This document shows, piece by piece, positions 48,495 through 58,966 of a DNA stretch of 64,000 nucleotides. A program made the position numbers and the translations under genes. The notes below the pieces were generated by a model that worked only from the letters and a program-made list of their open reading frames with translations, had not been told where the DNA came from and made no database searches. Source of the stretch: Calditrichales bacterium (lineage in GTDB: Bacteria; Calditrichota; Calditrichia; Calditrichales; J004); contig OZ254086.1 of assembly GCA_965267575.1 (NCBI GenBank), positions 4,256,001 through 4,320,000 on the forward strand. The letters are read 5' to 3'. Within the stretch, counting starts at the first letter, position 1. The number at the start of each line of letters is the position of its first letter.

Positions 48495-49589
48495 ATGCGC
48501 TTGCTGAGGTTGCTATTGCTCCTGCCGCTGTGTTTATACGCCGGCGAGGATGATTCTTTTTATTTTTACCGGCCGCAGATAAGCTATGGTTCTGAGGCGT
48601 TTTTTTCGCCGGCGACAACTTTTCTGAATGGCAGTCTCGACATTCTGCGCAACGGCAGCCATGAAAACAACGGCGAAAGCAAGAGCCTCCGGCACCTTGA
48701 TTACAGCACCGGTATCCGGAATGTGTGGAACAGTGTGCGCCATCCTTTTGCCGGCATCGAAGAATATGGCTGGCGCCAGTTTGTAGCCCAGGAGATTTTC
48801 CCGATTGCGCCCAGCCGCAAGCGTACGCAATATGTGCCCAACTACGCCCACCATGTTCTTGGCGCGGGCATGATCTATACCAAAACTGCCGAGTGGTTCA
48901 GCTACCGCGGATACAGCTATCCGCGCCTGTGGTCCTTTGCCGTAACACAATCCTACCAGTTTATGAATGAGGTCCTGGAAAACAACCACTTCCGCGGACC
49001 CAACGTTGATGCCATCGCCGACCTGCTGATCTTTAATCCTTTAGGCTACCTGCTGTTCAGCTTTGATGGTGTTAATCGTTTTTTCAGCAACAGTTTCAGA
49101 TTGTATGACTGGTCGTTACAGCCCGTGCTCAACCCGTTCAATCTTGAGATGGAAAATGCCGGCCAGCAGTTTGCCGCCAAATTTGGCCTGCCTTTCTTCG
49201 AAAAATGGGAAGGCTTTTTTTACTGGGGAATTAATGGTATTGCAGGCCTGTCATATTCACTCAGCCATTCCGATCACCTTTCTTTTGGAGCGGGCACGGA
49301 AATAAACCGGTTGGAAGAAAACAGAAACCGCACCAAAAACACGCGCTTTCTCAGCCCCATTACCGACGGTGCCATCGGCATTTTTTACGATCGTAATCAC
49401 TCGCTTTTGGCGTCCATGGTTTTAACCATGCCACGTTTTTATAATGCGCGTATCAATATCTACCCCGGTGTATTCGATATTGGGGACTTTCAAACCGGCT
49501 TTTATCTTGCCGCGGGAGAACTGGATGGACTTAAATTTGGCCTGACCTGGGTCAGTCTTCCTGTAGGCCTTGTGGGGGGCGGAAAATAA
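48495..49589 (+). CDS. Hypothetical secreted/outer-membrane protein (DUF3943-like)
   Basis: Signal peptide; NY..H..G, E..EN and DL..FNPLG motifs; beta-rich C-terminal half. Confidence 0.55.
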   Translation: MRLLRLLLLLPLCLYAGEDDSFYFYRPQISYGSEAFFSPATTFLNGSLDILRNGSHENNGESKSLRHLDYSTGIRNVWNSVRHPFAGIEEYGWRQFVAQEIFPIAPSRKRTQYVPNYAHHVLGAGMIYTKTAEWFSYRGYSYPRLWSFAVTQSYQFMNEVLENNHFRGPNVDAIADLLIFNPLGYLLFSFDGVNRFFSNSFRLYDWSLQPVLNPFNLEMENAGQQFAAKFGLPFFEKWEGFFYWGINGIAGLSYSLSHSDHLSFGAGTEINRLEENRNRTKNTRFLSPITDGAIGIFYDRNHSLLASMVLTMPRFYNARINIYPGVFDIGDFQTGFYLAAGELDGLKFGLTWVSLPVGLVGGGK

Positions 49590-49621
49590 AAAAGCCCCAT
49601 CCTGTGATAGAATGGGGCTTT
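49588..49621 (-). terminator. Intrinsic terminator between convergent genes (after dnaK)
   Basis: AAAGCCCCAT...ATGGGGCTTT stem with a T-run on the minus strand. Confidence 0.8.
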
Positions 49622-49636
49622 GGTTCGCATCAGCTA

Positions 49637-51589
49637 TTACTTTTTATCTTTATCCTTATCGTCATCCACAACTTCGTAATCGGCGTCTTCTACCTCGCCT
49701 TCTTCCTTGGATGACTCTTCCGTTTTGCCCTGCTTCGCCTGGCCTGATTCGGCATCGGCGCCGGGGCTTTCTCCGGCTCCTGGCTGCTGTGCGCCCTGGC
49801 TGTACATTTTCTGGGCAACTTCGTTCCATGAATTGTTAAGCGCATCCATAGCCGATTTGATTTCGTCGGTGTTGTCGCCTTTAAGGGCTTCCTTAACGCG
49901 GCCAACCGCGGTCTCGATCTTCGACTTGTCATCTGCATTCATTTTATCGGCCATATCTTTCAGGTTCTTCTCTGTCTGGTAGACCAGAGAGTCGGCCTGG
50001 TTGCGGGCCTCGATACCTTCACGCTTGCGCTTATCTTCCGCGGCATGGGCCTGCGCGTCTTTGCGCATTTTATCGATTTCTTTTTCATCAAGGCCGCTGC
50101 TGGCTTCAATGCGAATCGATTGCTCCTTGCCGCTGGCCTTGTCTTTGGCCGAAACATGCAAGATACCATTGGCGTCAACATCGAAGGTCACCTCAATTTG
50201 AGGCACACCACGCGGTGCCGGCGGGATACCATCCAGTATGAATTTGCCAAGCGAGCGGTTATCCACTGCCATTTCTCTTTCACCCTGAAGTATGTGAATC
50301 TCAACCGATGTCTGGTTATCTGCAGCCGTAGAAAAGATCTGCGATTTCTTCGTCGGGATTGTCGTATTTGCTTCGATCAGTTTGGTGCTTACGTTGCCCA
50401 GCGTCTCGATACCAAGTGAAAGCGGGATAACGTCCAGCAACAGTATATCGCCCGCTTCTCCGCTTAAAACGGCACCCTGGATGGCGGCGCCAAGAGCGAC
50501 CACTTCGTCCGGGTTCACACCCTTATGAGGATCCTTGCCAAAGAATTCCTTAACAACTTCCTGTACTTTCGGAATTCGTGTGGAACCACCTACAAGAATC
50601 ACCTCATCGATCTCGGTAGTTTTCAGCCCGGCATCTTTAAGTGCCGATTTGCATGGCTCCAGTGTGCGCTGAATAAGATGGTCAACAAGCTGCTCAAACT
50701 TGGAGCGGGATAGCGTAATGTTGAGGTGCTTGGGTCCCGATTCCGTTGCCGTAATAAAAGGCAGGTTGACCTCCGTCTCCGAAGAGCTGGAAAGTTCAAT
50801 TTTAGCCTTTTCAGCGGCTTCTTTCAGACGCTGTAGCGCCATCGGGTCTTTGCGCAGATCAACGTTTTCCTCTTTCTTAAATTCGTCGGCCAGGTACCTG
50901 ATGATGGCCTGGTCAAAGTCATCACCGCCCAGGTGCGTGTCACCATTGGTCGATTTTACTTCAACAACATTGTCGCCGATTTCCAGGATGGAGATATCGA
51001 AAGTACCACCGCCAAGGTCAAATACAGCGATCTTTTCATCGTTTTTCTTTTCAAGGCCATAAGCCAGCGACGCTGCCGTCGGCTCATTAATGATGCGCTT
51101 TACTTCCAGCCCGGCAATGCGGCCCGCATCTTTTGTCGCCTGGCGCTGAGCATCGTTAAAATAAGCCGGAACCGTAATAACAGCTTCGGTTACCTTTTCG
51201 CCGAGATAGTCTTCCGCTGTCTGCTTCATTTTCTGCAGGATCATTGCGGATATCTCGGGCGGGCTGTACTGCTTATCGCCGGCCTCAACCATTACCACAT
51301 CATTGTTGCCTTTGTTTACTTTATAAGGTACCTCTTCAATCTCCGTATCTACTTCTTTATAAAAACGCCCCATAAAGCGTTTGATAGAAAATACAGTGTT
51401 TTGCGGGTTTGTAACCGCCTGTCTTTTAGCAGAAGCGCCCACCAGCCGCTCACCTTTTTTTGTAAAGGCGACAACAGATGGCGTCGTACGGGCACCTTCC
51501 GAGTTCGGAATAACGACAGGCTCGCCGCCTTCCATCACGGCTACAACCGAGTTCGTTGTTCCTAAGTCAATTCCTATTATTTTACCCAT
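49637..51589 (-). CDS. dnaK: Molecular chaperone DnaK
   Basis: [43 protein letters not shown]. Confidence 0.99.
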   Translation of the reverse strand: MGKIIGIDLGTTNSVVAVMEGGEPVVIPNSEGARTTPSVVAFTKKGERLVGASAKRQAVTNPQNTVFSIKRFMGRFYKEVDTEIEEVPYKVNKGNNDVVMVEAGDKQYSPPEISAMILQKMKQTAEDYLGEKVTEAVITVPAYFNDAQRQATKDAGRIAGLEVKRIINEPTAASLAYGLEKKNDEKIAVFDLGGGTFDISILEIGDNVVEVKSTNGDTHLGGDDFDQAIIRYLADEFKKEENVDLRKDPMALQRLKEAAEKAKIELSSSSETEVNLPFITATESGPKHLNITLSRSKFEQLVDHLIQRTLEPCKSALKDAGLKTTEIDEVILVGGSTRIPKVQEVVKEFFGKDPHKGVNPDEVVALGAAIQGAVLSGEAGDILLLDVIPLSLGIETLGNVSTKLIEANTTIPTKKSQIFSTAADNQTSVEIHILQGEREMAVDNRSLGKFILDGIPPAPRGVPQIEVTFDVDANGILHVSAKDKASGKEQSIRIEASSGLDEKEIDKMRKDAQAHAAEDKRKREGIEARNQADSLVYQTEKNLKDMADKMNADDKSKIETAVGRVKEALKGDNTDEIKSAMDALNNSWNEVAQKMYSQGAQQPGAGESPGADAESGQAKQGKTEESSKEEGEVEDADYEVVDDDKDKDKK

Positions 51590-51643
51590 TTAATTCCTCC
51601 GGTTTTCAATATTCATAATTTTCAAAATTTACGGAGTAAGAAA

Positions 51644-51660
51644 AGCAAGCATTATGCCAA
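51644..51660 (-). promoter_or_regulatory. Sigma54 -24/-12 promoter upstream of dnaK
   Basis: Minus strand TTGGCATAATGCTTGCT matches TGGCAC-N5-TTGC spacing, 55 nt upstream of the ATG. Confidence 0.7.
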
Positions 51661-51807
51661 AAGCCCGTCAAGCGATCTATCTGTTTGTTTTTTATTGATT
51701 TACAAGCACAAAAAGGGATTTGATCAACCGGCATCTAAAAATCTTATTTCCAGGATGCTGACATTATGACAGCGCAGCCTTTTAGAGTTGTCTTACAAGC
51801 CTGACAT

Positions 51808-51838
51808 AAAAAAAGGCCGCCCGGTCAGGAGCGGCCTT
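51808..51838 (-). terminator. Intrinsic terminator after degP
   Basis: Minus strand AAGGCCGCTCCTGACCGGGCGGCCTTTTTTT. Confidence 0.85.
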
Positions 51839-51855
51839 CTGAATGATCTCTGTAC

Positions 51856-53379
51856 TTAGTTTTGAGAATCCGGTATCTTTAAAAACACCAAGCGATCCAG
51901 GTTGTCTTCATTTACTTTGTTACGGATCTTAAGACGGACAACTTCGCCGCTATTATGCTTTTCGATGGCAGCGTTAAAATCATCAACGGATTTGATTTTT
52001 TCCTTATCCACCTCGGTTATCACGTCGCCGCGGAAGATGTCCGCTTCAGAGGCGGCGGAAAAACCCTCTACATCGGCAACAACAACGCCGCCGTCCAGAT
52101 CAAGCATTTTTTGCTGATCCTTGGACAAGTCACGCAGATTAAGCCCCAGGCTTGCCCCGTGGTTTCTTTTTGACTCTACAGGTTCGCGGCTTGAAAGCTC
52201 CGTCTCACCGCCTTGTCCTCGCAATACGACGCTTTTGCTGACCTTTTTGCCTTCCCGCCAGATTTCCAGGGTTACCTCCTGGCCCGGATTAAAGGTGCCT
52301 ATCCGTGCCTGAAGTTCATTGGATTTATTTACTTCCTGGCCATTTACAGAGAGAATCACATCACCCGGCTCGATTCCGGCGTCCGCGGCGGCGCCGTTCT
52401 CAACCATGCCCGTTACCAGTACACCGCGCGGTTTGTCCAAACCAACGCCCTCGGCAGTCACCGGATTGACATCTTTTATGTAAACACCCAAATAGCCGCG
52501 CTTCACCTCTCCAAATTTCATGATGTCATCAACAACGCTTTTGGCAATATTAATGGGCACGGCAAATCCATATCCGATATAGGAGGATTGTCCGAAACCG
52601 GGACGTGTGGCAATGGCTGTGTTAACGCCAATGACCTCGCCGTTGAGATTAACCAGCGCGCCCCCGCTGTTGCCGGGATTAATGGCGGCATCCGTCTGTA
52701 TAAAGTTCTCTATGGCATCGCTGCCGGGCAGAATATTAACATTACGACCGATCGCACTGACGATACCCGCCGTAACCGTAGAACGCAATCCAAGCGGGCT
52801 TCCTATCGCCAAAACCCATTCGCCGATTTCCGTATTATCGGAATTGCCCAGTACCGCATATGGCAAATCTTCGGCCTTGATCTTAACAAGGGCAATATCC
52901 GTTTTAGGATCGCGACCGATCAGCTCGGCATCATACTCACTATTATCGTCAAGCTGTATTCTGATTTTTTCCATGCCTTCGATAACGTGGTTGTTAGTGA
53001 TGATATAGCCGTCATCGCTGATTATGATTCCCGAACCCTGGCCCTGCTGCGGCACGTTTCGATGATTTTCATCATCGGGCATGAAATAGTGGAACGGGTT
53101 GGTTTGCTCCACCATGCGCTGCGTGTAAACGGAAACAATCGACGGACGTACCTTTTTTGCAATCCCGGTAAACTGCAGGTTTGGATTAAAATTGGCCATG
53201 GCAGGATTGCTGTTCTGCACAGGCTGGATATTGGACTCCGTGTACACGCTGCCCGCACTCTGCTGGGCGAAGCTGCGCGAATCAACCTGGAAATTACCTG
53301 TCATGATAACGCCAATTACAACGCCGATCGTGATAAGTCCGATAATTGTCGCGAGGGGATGTTTGAATTCTCTCATCAT
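51856..53379 (-). CDS. degP: Do/DegQ/HtrA serine endoprotease with two PDZ domains
   Basis: GSG.I....GYI.TNNHV, DIAL, IQTDAAINPGNSGGAL. Confidence 0.95.
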   Translation of the reverse strand: MMREFKHPLATIIGLITIGVVIGVIMTGNFQVDSRSFAQQSAGSVYTESNIQPVQNSNPAMANFNPNLQFTGIAKKVRPSIVSVYTQRMVEQTNPFHYFMPDDENHRNVPQQGQGSGIIISDDGYIITNNHVIEGMEKIRIQLDDNSEYDAELIGRDPKTDIALVKIKAEDLPYAVLGNSDNTEIGEWVLAIGSPLGLRSTVTAGIVSAIGRNVNILPGSDAIENFIQTDAAINPGNSGGALVNLNGEVIGVNTAIATRPGFGQSSYIGYGFAVPINIAKSVVDDIMKFGEVKRGYLGVYIKDVNPVTAEGVGLDKPRGVLVTGMVENGAAADAGIEPGDVILSVNGQEVNKSNELQARIGTFNPGQEVTLEIWREGKKVSKSVVLRGQGGETELSSREPVESKRNHGASLGLNLRDLSKDQQKMLDLDGGVVVADVEGFSAASEADIFRGDVITEVDKEKIKSVDDFNAAIEKHNSGEVVRLKIRNKVNEDNLDRLVFLKIPDSQN

Positions 53380-53395
53380 TTCCTCCTTCGTATGT

Positions 53396-54076
53396 TTATT
53401 CTTCTCCGCGCAAAATAATCAAACGCAGAAGATGTATTAGGGCAACGGCTGTTGCGGCAACGTAGGTCATGGCCGCAGCATTCAAAACTTTGCGCGCGCC
53501 ACGAAGTTCCTGCTCCGCCAGATAACCGTTGTTCAGAATAGTTAAAGCGCGACGGCTGGCGTCAAATTCCACAGGCAGGGTAACCAGGTGAAAAAGTACA
53601 ACGCCGCCGAAGAAAATGATACCCAGGTCCATAAGCATCGGGCTGCTCATCAACAATCCGATAAAGAACAGCGGAAAAGCCGCAAACGAGGCGATATTGG
53701 TTACCGGGAGTATCGTGTGGCGCAGTTTTAATGGCGCGTAAGAGCGGGCGTGCTGAATGGCATGTCCCACCTCATGTGCGGCAACGGCCAGCGCCGCCAG
53801 TGAATTATTTTTATAGTTATCCACCGAAAGGCGCACCGTCTTATCGCGGGGATCGTAATGATCGGAAAGCTCGCCTTCCACGGCTTCCACTTTTACATCA
53901 TGTATTCCGTTTTGACGCAGGATGCTTTCCGCGACGCGGGCACCGCTCATACCCTGTGCGGACATCTGCTTTTGAAATTTTCTGTACGTTGAGCGCACAC
54001 GGAACTGCGCCCAAAGAGCCAACCCGATTGCCGGTATCAGCAAAAGAAAGGTCGGGTCATAGAAAAAGAATGGCAT
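53396..54076 (-). CDS. Membrane zinc metallopeptidase (YugP/Zn_peptidase_2)
   Basis: LSDHYDP, AAHEVGHAIQ, TLPVEFDAS.RA, AAA.TYVA. Confidence 0.93.
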   Translation of the reverse strand: MPFFFYDPTFLLLIPAIGLALWAQFRVRSTYRKFQKQMSAQGMSGARVAESILRQNGIHDVKVEAVEGELSDHYDPRDKTVRLSVDNYKNNSLAALAVAAHEVGHAIQHARSYAPLKLRHTILPVTNIASFAAFPLFFIGLLMSSPMLMDLGIIFFGGVVLFHLVTLPVEFDASRRALTILNNGYLAEQELRGARKVLNAAAMTYVAATAVALIHLLRLIILRGEE

Positions 54077-54139
54077 TATGTGTTTCTCCTTCGTTAATTT
54101 TCAAAGTCGTTGGTTTTCTGTAGTTTGGCCGATGATTAA

Positions 54140-54156
54140 AACAAAAAATGTACCAA
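54140..54156 (-). promoter_or_regulatory. Possible sigma54 promoter for the peptidase-degP operon
   Basis: Minus strand TTGGTACATTTTTTGTT: correct spacing, non-canonical -12 (GT). Confidence 0.45.
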
Positions 54157-54280
54157 ACTTTATTCTCATTAAAAAACAACAAATGAATGCAGTTTTGGCC
54201 TGTCCGGTTCCGCAATTTTTAATGACAACGCAATATTTTATGGCCATTTTGGCAGAATCACGCAAACTGGCATAATCCAG

Positions 54281-54760
54281 ATGAATTACATCATTGATGG
54301 CTTTAATGTTGCATTTAAAGACGCGAAAACAGCAAACCTTATCCGTGGCGGAAACACCGATGCCGCTATCTCCGGGACAGTAGCGTTGGTGCGGCGTATC
54401 CTCAAAAATAACAAAGGAAAAATCGTTGTTGTTTTTGATGGCAAAGAAGGCCAGCAGGCACCGCGTTTTCCGGGCCTGACCGTGCGCTTCAGCAAAGCGC
54501 CGCAAAAGGCAGACGACATCATCCGGGCCTTTGTGCGCAAGACAAAAAACATTAATCGCTGGACAGTCGTTTCGTCGGACAACGAAATCCGTTTCAGTGC
54601 ACAGGACCACGGCGCAGCCACCCTGAACGCCGCCGAATTTCTGGCTATGAAAAAAACGACCATAGATCCGTCGGCGGAAGAAGTAAAAAAATACGAAGCT
54701 CGCAATATCGACACCGAATACTGGCTTAAACTATTCAAAGAACGCGATCGTGATGAATAA
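54281..54760 (+). CDS. NYN (PIN-like, YacP/Rae1-related) domain protein
   Basis: YIIDGFN, VVFDG, ADD.I, VVSSD.EI. Confidence 0.88.
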   Translation: MNYIIDGFNVAFKDAKTANLIRGGNTDAAISGTVALVRRILKNNKGKIVVVFDGKEGQQAPRFPGLTVRFSKAPQKADDIIRAFVRKTKNINRWTVVSSDNEIRFSAQDHGAATLNAAEFLAMKKTTIDPSAEEVKKYEARNIDTEYWLKLFKERDRDE

Positions 54761-56072
54761 AACCAAAGCGCGCTTTACCCTGTTGTTCTGGATCGGCATA
54801 ATACTGATCCTGACCGCTAATGTTTTTCTGTGGCTTTACGTAAACCGCTTGGAGGGTCGCTTCCAGGAACAGCTGCGTTTGCGATTGCTTAGCACCAGCC
54901 GCGCGCTCGACCGCCAGATAGACGGCGATGCCCTTAACCGCATCGTGCCGGGAAACAGTTTTTCACTGGATTATATTGCCCTGCTGACCACGCTGCAAAC
55001 CTTTCAGCAACAAGACAGCCTGCAGAGCATCATCCTGTTTTCAGCATCGGGCGAAGTGCTCGTTTCGGCACCGGAAGTATTGACGCAGCAGCAAACGACG
55101 CTGCCGGGCGATACACTTTTCCGGCGTGCTTATGACGGCGAAACCGTTGTAAGCGAACCGCGGGAAATAGCCGGAAACTGGCTGATGTCGGTCCTGCGGC
55201 CGGTTTTTGATTCAAACGGCTTCATCGTTGCAGTGCAGGTTATCGAGGCACGGGCAGACTATTTTGAAACATTGGAAGAATTGCGCCGGCAGCTGCTGCT
55301 GTACAGCCTCATTACGCTCGTGCTGATCATCCTCGTTGCCGTTTACCTCTACCGGCTGATTAACCGGACGATGGCTTACCAGGCGGAAATAAAAGACCGT
55401 GAGCATTTGGTGGAACTGGGAACAATGGCGGCGTCCGTGGCTCATGAGTTGCGAAATCCGCTGGGGATTATTGAAGGTACAAATGAGCTTATCCGCAAAA
55501 AATACGGCAGGCAGGAAGATGAGCTTTTTGGCTACATTCCTGATGAGGTGCGGCGGCTGAGCGTGCTGATCGAGAATTTTCTCAATTTTGCGCGCACTCC
55601 GCAGATCCGCACAGAGCAGGTAAATGCAGATCTTCTGCTTCAAAAGATAATCGCCGGTTATCCGGCGCAGAGGCAGGAACAGATCCACCTGCAGCAAACG
55701 GAAAAGGCGCCTGTTATCGAAAGTGACCCCGCCCTGCTGGAACAGGTGTTTCTGAACATCACGCGCAACGCCCTGGATGCCGTCGACCCGGTTAAAGGGC
55801 AATTGGACATTAAAACCGAACAACATTCAAACCGCCTGCTGCTTTATTTTTGCGACAATGGTGATGGTGTGCCGGAAGAAAACCGCGCGTCAATTTTCCG
55901 GCCCTTTTTTACCACCCGGGAAAAAGGTACGGGGCTGGGTTTGGCCATTTCGCGCCGACTGGCACGTTTGCTTGGCGGCGATATTCGCTATACCGCACGT
56001 CCTGAAGGCGGCTCCTGCTTTATCGTAGAGTTACCAGTTCGCTATCCGGGCAATACAAATGGAAATGACTGA
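54753..56072 (+). CDS. Membrane sensor histidine kinase (NtrB-like kinase core)
   Basis: 2 TM segments; AHELRNPL, QVFLN..RNA, DNG.G, PFFTT, GTGLGL. Confidence 0.93.
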   Translation: MNKTKARFTLLFWIGIILILTANVFLWLYVNRLEGRFQEQLRLRLLSTSRALDRQIDGDALNRIVPGNSFSLDYIALLTTLQTFQQQDSLQSIILFSASGEVLVSAPEVLTQQQTTLPGDTLFRRAYDGETVVSEPREIAGNWLMSVLRPVFDSNGFIVAVQVIEARADYFETLEELRRQLLLYSLITLVLIILVAVYLYRLINRTMAYQAEIKDREHLVELGTMAASVAHELRNPLGIIEGTNELIRKKYGRQEDELFGYIPDEVRRLSVLIENFLNFARTPQIRTEQVNADLLLQKIIAGYPAQRQEQIHLQQTEKAPVIESDPALLEQVFLNITRNALDAVDPVKGQLDIKTEQHSNRLLLYFCDNGDGVPEENRASIFRPFFTTREKGTGLGLAISRRLARLLGGDIRYTARPEGGSCFIVELPVRYPGNTNGND

Positions 56073-57648
56073 TATTTTTCTGTTTTTTCTTTACGCGTCA
56101 ACGTTTTACCGTTTCCGCTATTTTTTCAGCTATCTCAAAAAGCGCCAGCCACAGGTTGTGGCGGATACGGCGCACCGCTGTGTCCGCGGCCAAGACCTGC
56201 CCGTTCTGGTCATTTTCAAAAACGCCGATCGCTATCCCGCGCGACTGCTTACGGTTGAAGTAGAGGTGGACGGCAAACCGGCATTTAAGCAGACAATGGA
56301 TCAAAGCATTCGCGAAAAACAATATGAAAAAATATTCCGGCTGCCGACAAAACACCTTGAACATGGCGCGCATTTTATAAATGTGGCGATTGTTTATGAA
56401 TGCAGCGGACGCCGGTACCGCTGCTATAACGACAATTACCGCGGGACGAGCCATGCCCCGCTGCCCTTCTTTATCAGCGAACAAGCCCTGCCCCGACTGG
56501 AGGGCTTTGTAAGCGGCGATTGCCACATGCACAGCGCCTGCACCGATGACCAGGTTGAATTTGCCGCCACTTTGCCGTCTTCCGTGGAGATGGCCAGGAC
56601 GGTGGGCCTGAACTTTTTTGCCGTTACCGACCACTCCTACGATTTAGATGATGACCCGGACAATTTTCTGATCAACGATCCTCAATTGCCGAAATGGAAA
56701 CAGCTTTTGCGGGAAGTGGATATGCTCAACAACAGCAATGATGAATTCTGCGTTATTCCGGGTGAAGAGGTCAGTTGCCGCGCGGTTTCAGGGAAAACCG
56801 TACATTTACTGGTCTACGACAGCAGGCAATTTTTTGAAGGAAGCGGCGACAGCGGTGAAAAGTGGTTTAGGCGGCGTTCGCGTTTTTCCGTTGAAGAAGT
56901 AAGCGCTGCATTAACACCGGGGGCTTTGGCGTTTGCCGCCCATCCCGAGGAGCGCGTACCGGCCGCACAACGCATGTTGCTGAACCGTGACAGCTGGCTT
57001 GAGCAGGACTGTCGCAGCAAAGGTTTGAACGGTGTGCAAATCATAAACGGCATGGATGAAAGCAATCTGCGCGTGTCGATAAATTTTTGGCGTGACCTGC
57101 TGCTAAAAGGCCTTAAATTACCGGCCATAACAGGCAATGACGGCCACGGCAATTTTTCGCGGAACAGGTCGATTGATATCCCGTTCATCCGCATCAGTGA
57201 AACCGACGACCATGTTTTTGGCGTGTGGCGCACAGATGTCTATTTAGGCGGAAAGGCGCTTTCAACCGGCGCTTTGACAGACGCCCTGCGCAAAGGCCGT
57301 TGTGCCATCAGCAACGGTCCCGCTCTGGAGCTGCGCCTGTTTAGCGCAGGAAATGGATTTCTCATGGGTGACACGGCCGCCGATCCGCTGGGTTACAGGA
57401 TAAGGGCCATATCGACAGAGGAGTTTGGTGCTATTCAGAATGTCCGCCTTTGTATCGGCCTTGAAAAATATGAAAAAATAATTGTGCTTCCCGTTGAACA
57501 AAATGGTTGTTTTAAACTGGAAATAGAAGAAAAATTACCGAAACTTGAGCGGGTTAAATACGTTCGCGCAGAATTGGATTGCGTGGGCGCCCGGGGAAAG
57601 CGGCATGCTTTCAGTAATCCGGTGTTTATAAACAGGAATGGAGATTAG
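56059..57648 (+). CDS. PHP domain metallohydrolase (CehA/McbA-like)
   Basis: GD.HMHS, AVTDH, PGEEV, AHP, GNDGH, A.SNP. Confidence 0.85.
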   Translation: MEMTDIFLFFLYASTFYRFRYFFSYLKKRQPQVVADTAHRCVRGQDLPVLVIFKNADRYPARLLTVEVEVDGKPAFKQTMDQSIREKQYEKIFRLPTKHLEHGAHFINVAIVYECSGRRYRCYNDNYRGTSHAPLPFFISEQALPRLEGFVSGDCHMHSACTDDQVEFAATLPSSVEMARTVGLNFFAVTDHSYDLDDDPDNFLINDPQLPKWKQLLREVDMLNNSNDEFCVIPGEEVSCRAVSGKTVHLLVYDSRQFFEGSGDSGEKWFRRRSRFSVEEVSAALTPGALAFAAHPEERVPAAQRMLLNRDSWLEQDCRSKGLNGVQIINGMDESNLRVSINFWRDLLLKGLKLPAITGNDGHGNFSRNRSIDIPFIRISETDDHVFGVWRTDVYLGGKALSTGALTDALRKGRCAISNGPALELRLFSAGNGFLMGDTAADPLGYRIRAISTEEFGAIQNVRLCIGLEKYEKIIVLPVEQNGCFKLEIEEKLPKLERVKYVRAELDCVGARGKRHAFSNPVFINRNGD

Positions 57649-58928
57649 TGTTGTTTTTAAAAAAATTGATTCTGATTAACATCTGCATGGTAACGCTGCT
57701 TTTTGCCGACGGCTTTAACGGTCTGACCGTTTCCAAAGTCATCGTGAACGGCAACCGTGTCACCGAGCGCGACGTTATCGTCCGCGAAATGCTTCTTGAA
57801 GAAGGCGGCGTATACAGTGATTCCCTGCGCATCGTCTCGGAGCGCCGCATTCACAGCCTGTTTCTGTTTAACAATGTTGAAATTATTCCGGTACCCGATA
57901 ACCAGCAAGTCGCTTTGCTGGTAAACGTTACGGAGCGGCTTTTTTTATATCCTTTTCCCGTGTTTAACGTTGAAGACCGTGACTGGGAAAAGCTTACCTA
58001 CGGTGGCGGTTTTGCCCATGTAAACTTCCGGGGCCGGGCGGAAAAGCTTTTTGGCAGCCTGTTTTTCGGCTACAAACCGGGCTTTGAATTCGGTTATGAT
58101 AATCCGTGGATCGGCGGACCGGACAATCGTTATACATTATCCGTTTTAGTAAGCCGGTTTTCATGGCAGCACAAAACAGAAGAATTTGACGAAAGGCATT
58201 TTACCTCCGCCATTTCCGTCGGGAAATACTGGAATCGTTACCTGGCCACATTTCTCAAATTGGATTATGACCGCATCGTTCTGCCAGACAGTATCTCGCA
58301 TCGCCTTGCAACGGGCAACAACCGGGAAGAGCTTTTTGGATTTGCGGTGGTGAACAGCTTTGATAACCGCGATTTCACCGCTTATCCCTCCAGCGGCTGG
58401 TTACTGCAAAACAGCATTCTCTTTGAAAGCATCCTTAGACCGGAAAACCGCTACATTCAAGTTACCACGGACGCGCGGCGTTATTTGCAATGGAATGATA
58501 TTATTCTCGCGGGACGCCTGCTGCATATTGGCACCTTCGGTAATTTGCCTCTTTACAGGACAGTCTATTTTGGATTTAGTGAACGTGTACGCGGCCATTT
58601 TTCCGAAGTGTATGAGGGCAAGCACAGCATGCTTGGTTCCGCGGAATTTCGTTTTCCGCTGATACAGGAGAGACTGATTTCACTGCCGTCTTTCTTTTTA
58701 CCGCCCAGCTCCACGCAAAATCTCAAATTCGGGTTAAATGGCGCTGTTTTTATCGACAGTGGGATCATTTGGTCGCAGCCGGCCCAACTGGCCAGGGACA
58801 ATATTGTGACCGGCTTTGGAGTGGGTCTGCATTTTCGCCTTCCATATATAGAAATCGCCAGGCTTGAAGCCGGGTTTGACCTGGACTTTAACAGTGAAAT
58901 AATATTTGAAGTAGGCGCGGCTTTGTAA
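57648..58928 (+). CDS. Omp85 (BamA/TamA) family protein with a single POTRA
   Basis: GN..T...VI.RE POTRA, N.RG, YPSSG, VRG, F.DSG, GFG.GL. Confidence 0.85.
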   Translation: MLFLKKLILINICMVTLLFADGFNGLTVSKVIVNGNRVTERDVIVREMLLEEGGVYSDSLRIVSERRIHSLFLFNNVEIIPVPDNQQVALLVNVTERLFLYPFPVFNVEDRDWEKLTYGGGFAHVNFRGRAEKLFGSLFFGYKPGFEFGYDNPWIGGPDNRYTLSVLVSRFSWQHKTEEFDERHFTSAISVGKYWNRYLATFLKLDYDRIVLPDSISHRLATGNNREELFGFAVVNSFDNRDFTAYPSSGWLLQNSILFESILRPENRYIQVTTDARRYLQWNDIILAGRLLHIGTFGNLPLYRTVYFGFSERVRGHFSEVYEGKHSMLGSAEFRFPLIQERLISLPSFFLPPSSTQNLKFGLNGAVFIDSGIIWSQPAQLARDNIVTGFGVGLHFRLPYIEIARLEAGFDLDFNSEIIFEVGAAL

Positions 58929-58966
58929 TAGCTTCATACGAGTGAAGCTGCAAAGCCGGAGGTTGC

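Noticed and set aside
50045..51565. ORFs antisense to dnaK
   Set aside because: Antisense open frames are a well-known by-product of dnaK codon usage.
51590..51855. CIRCE operator upstream of dnaK
   Set aside because: No TTAGCACTC-N9-GAGTGCTAA match seen.
52213..53418. 401-aa ORF antisense to degP (and the 348-aa ORF at 60192-61238)
   Set aside because: Shadow ORFs opposite clearly recognisable genes; no motifs.
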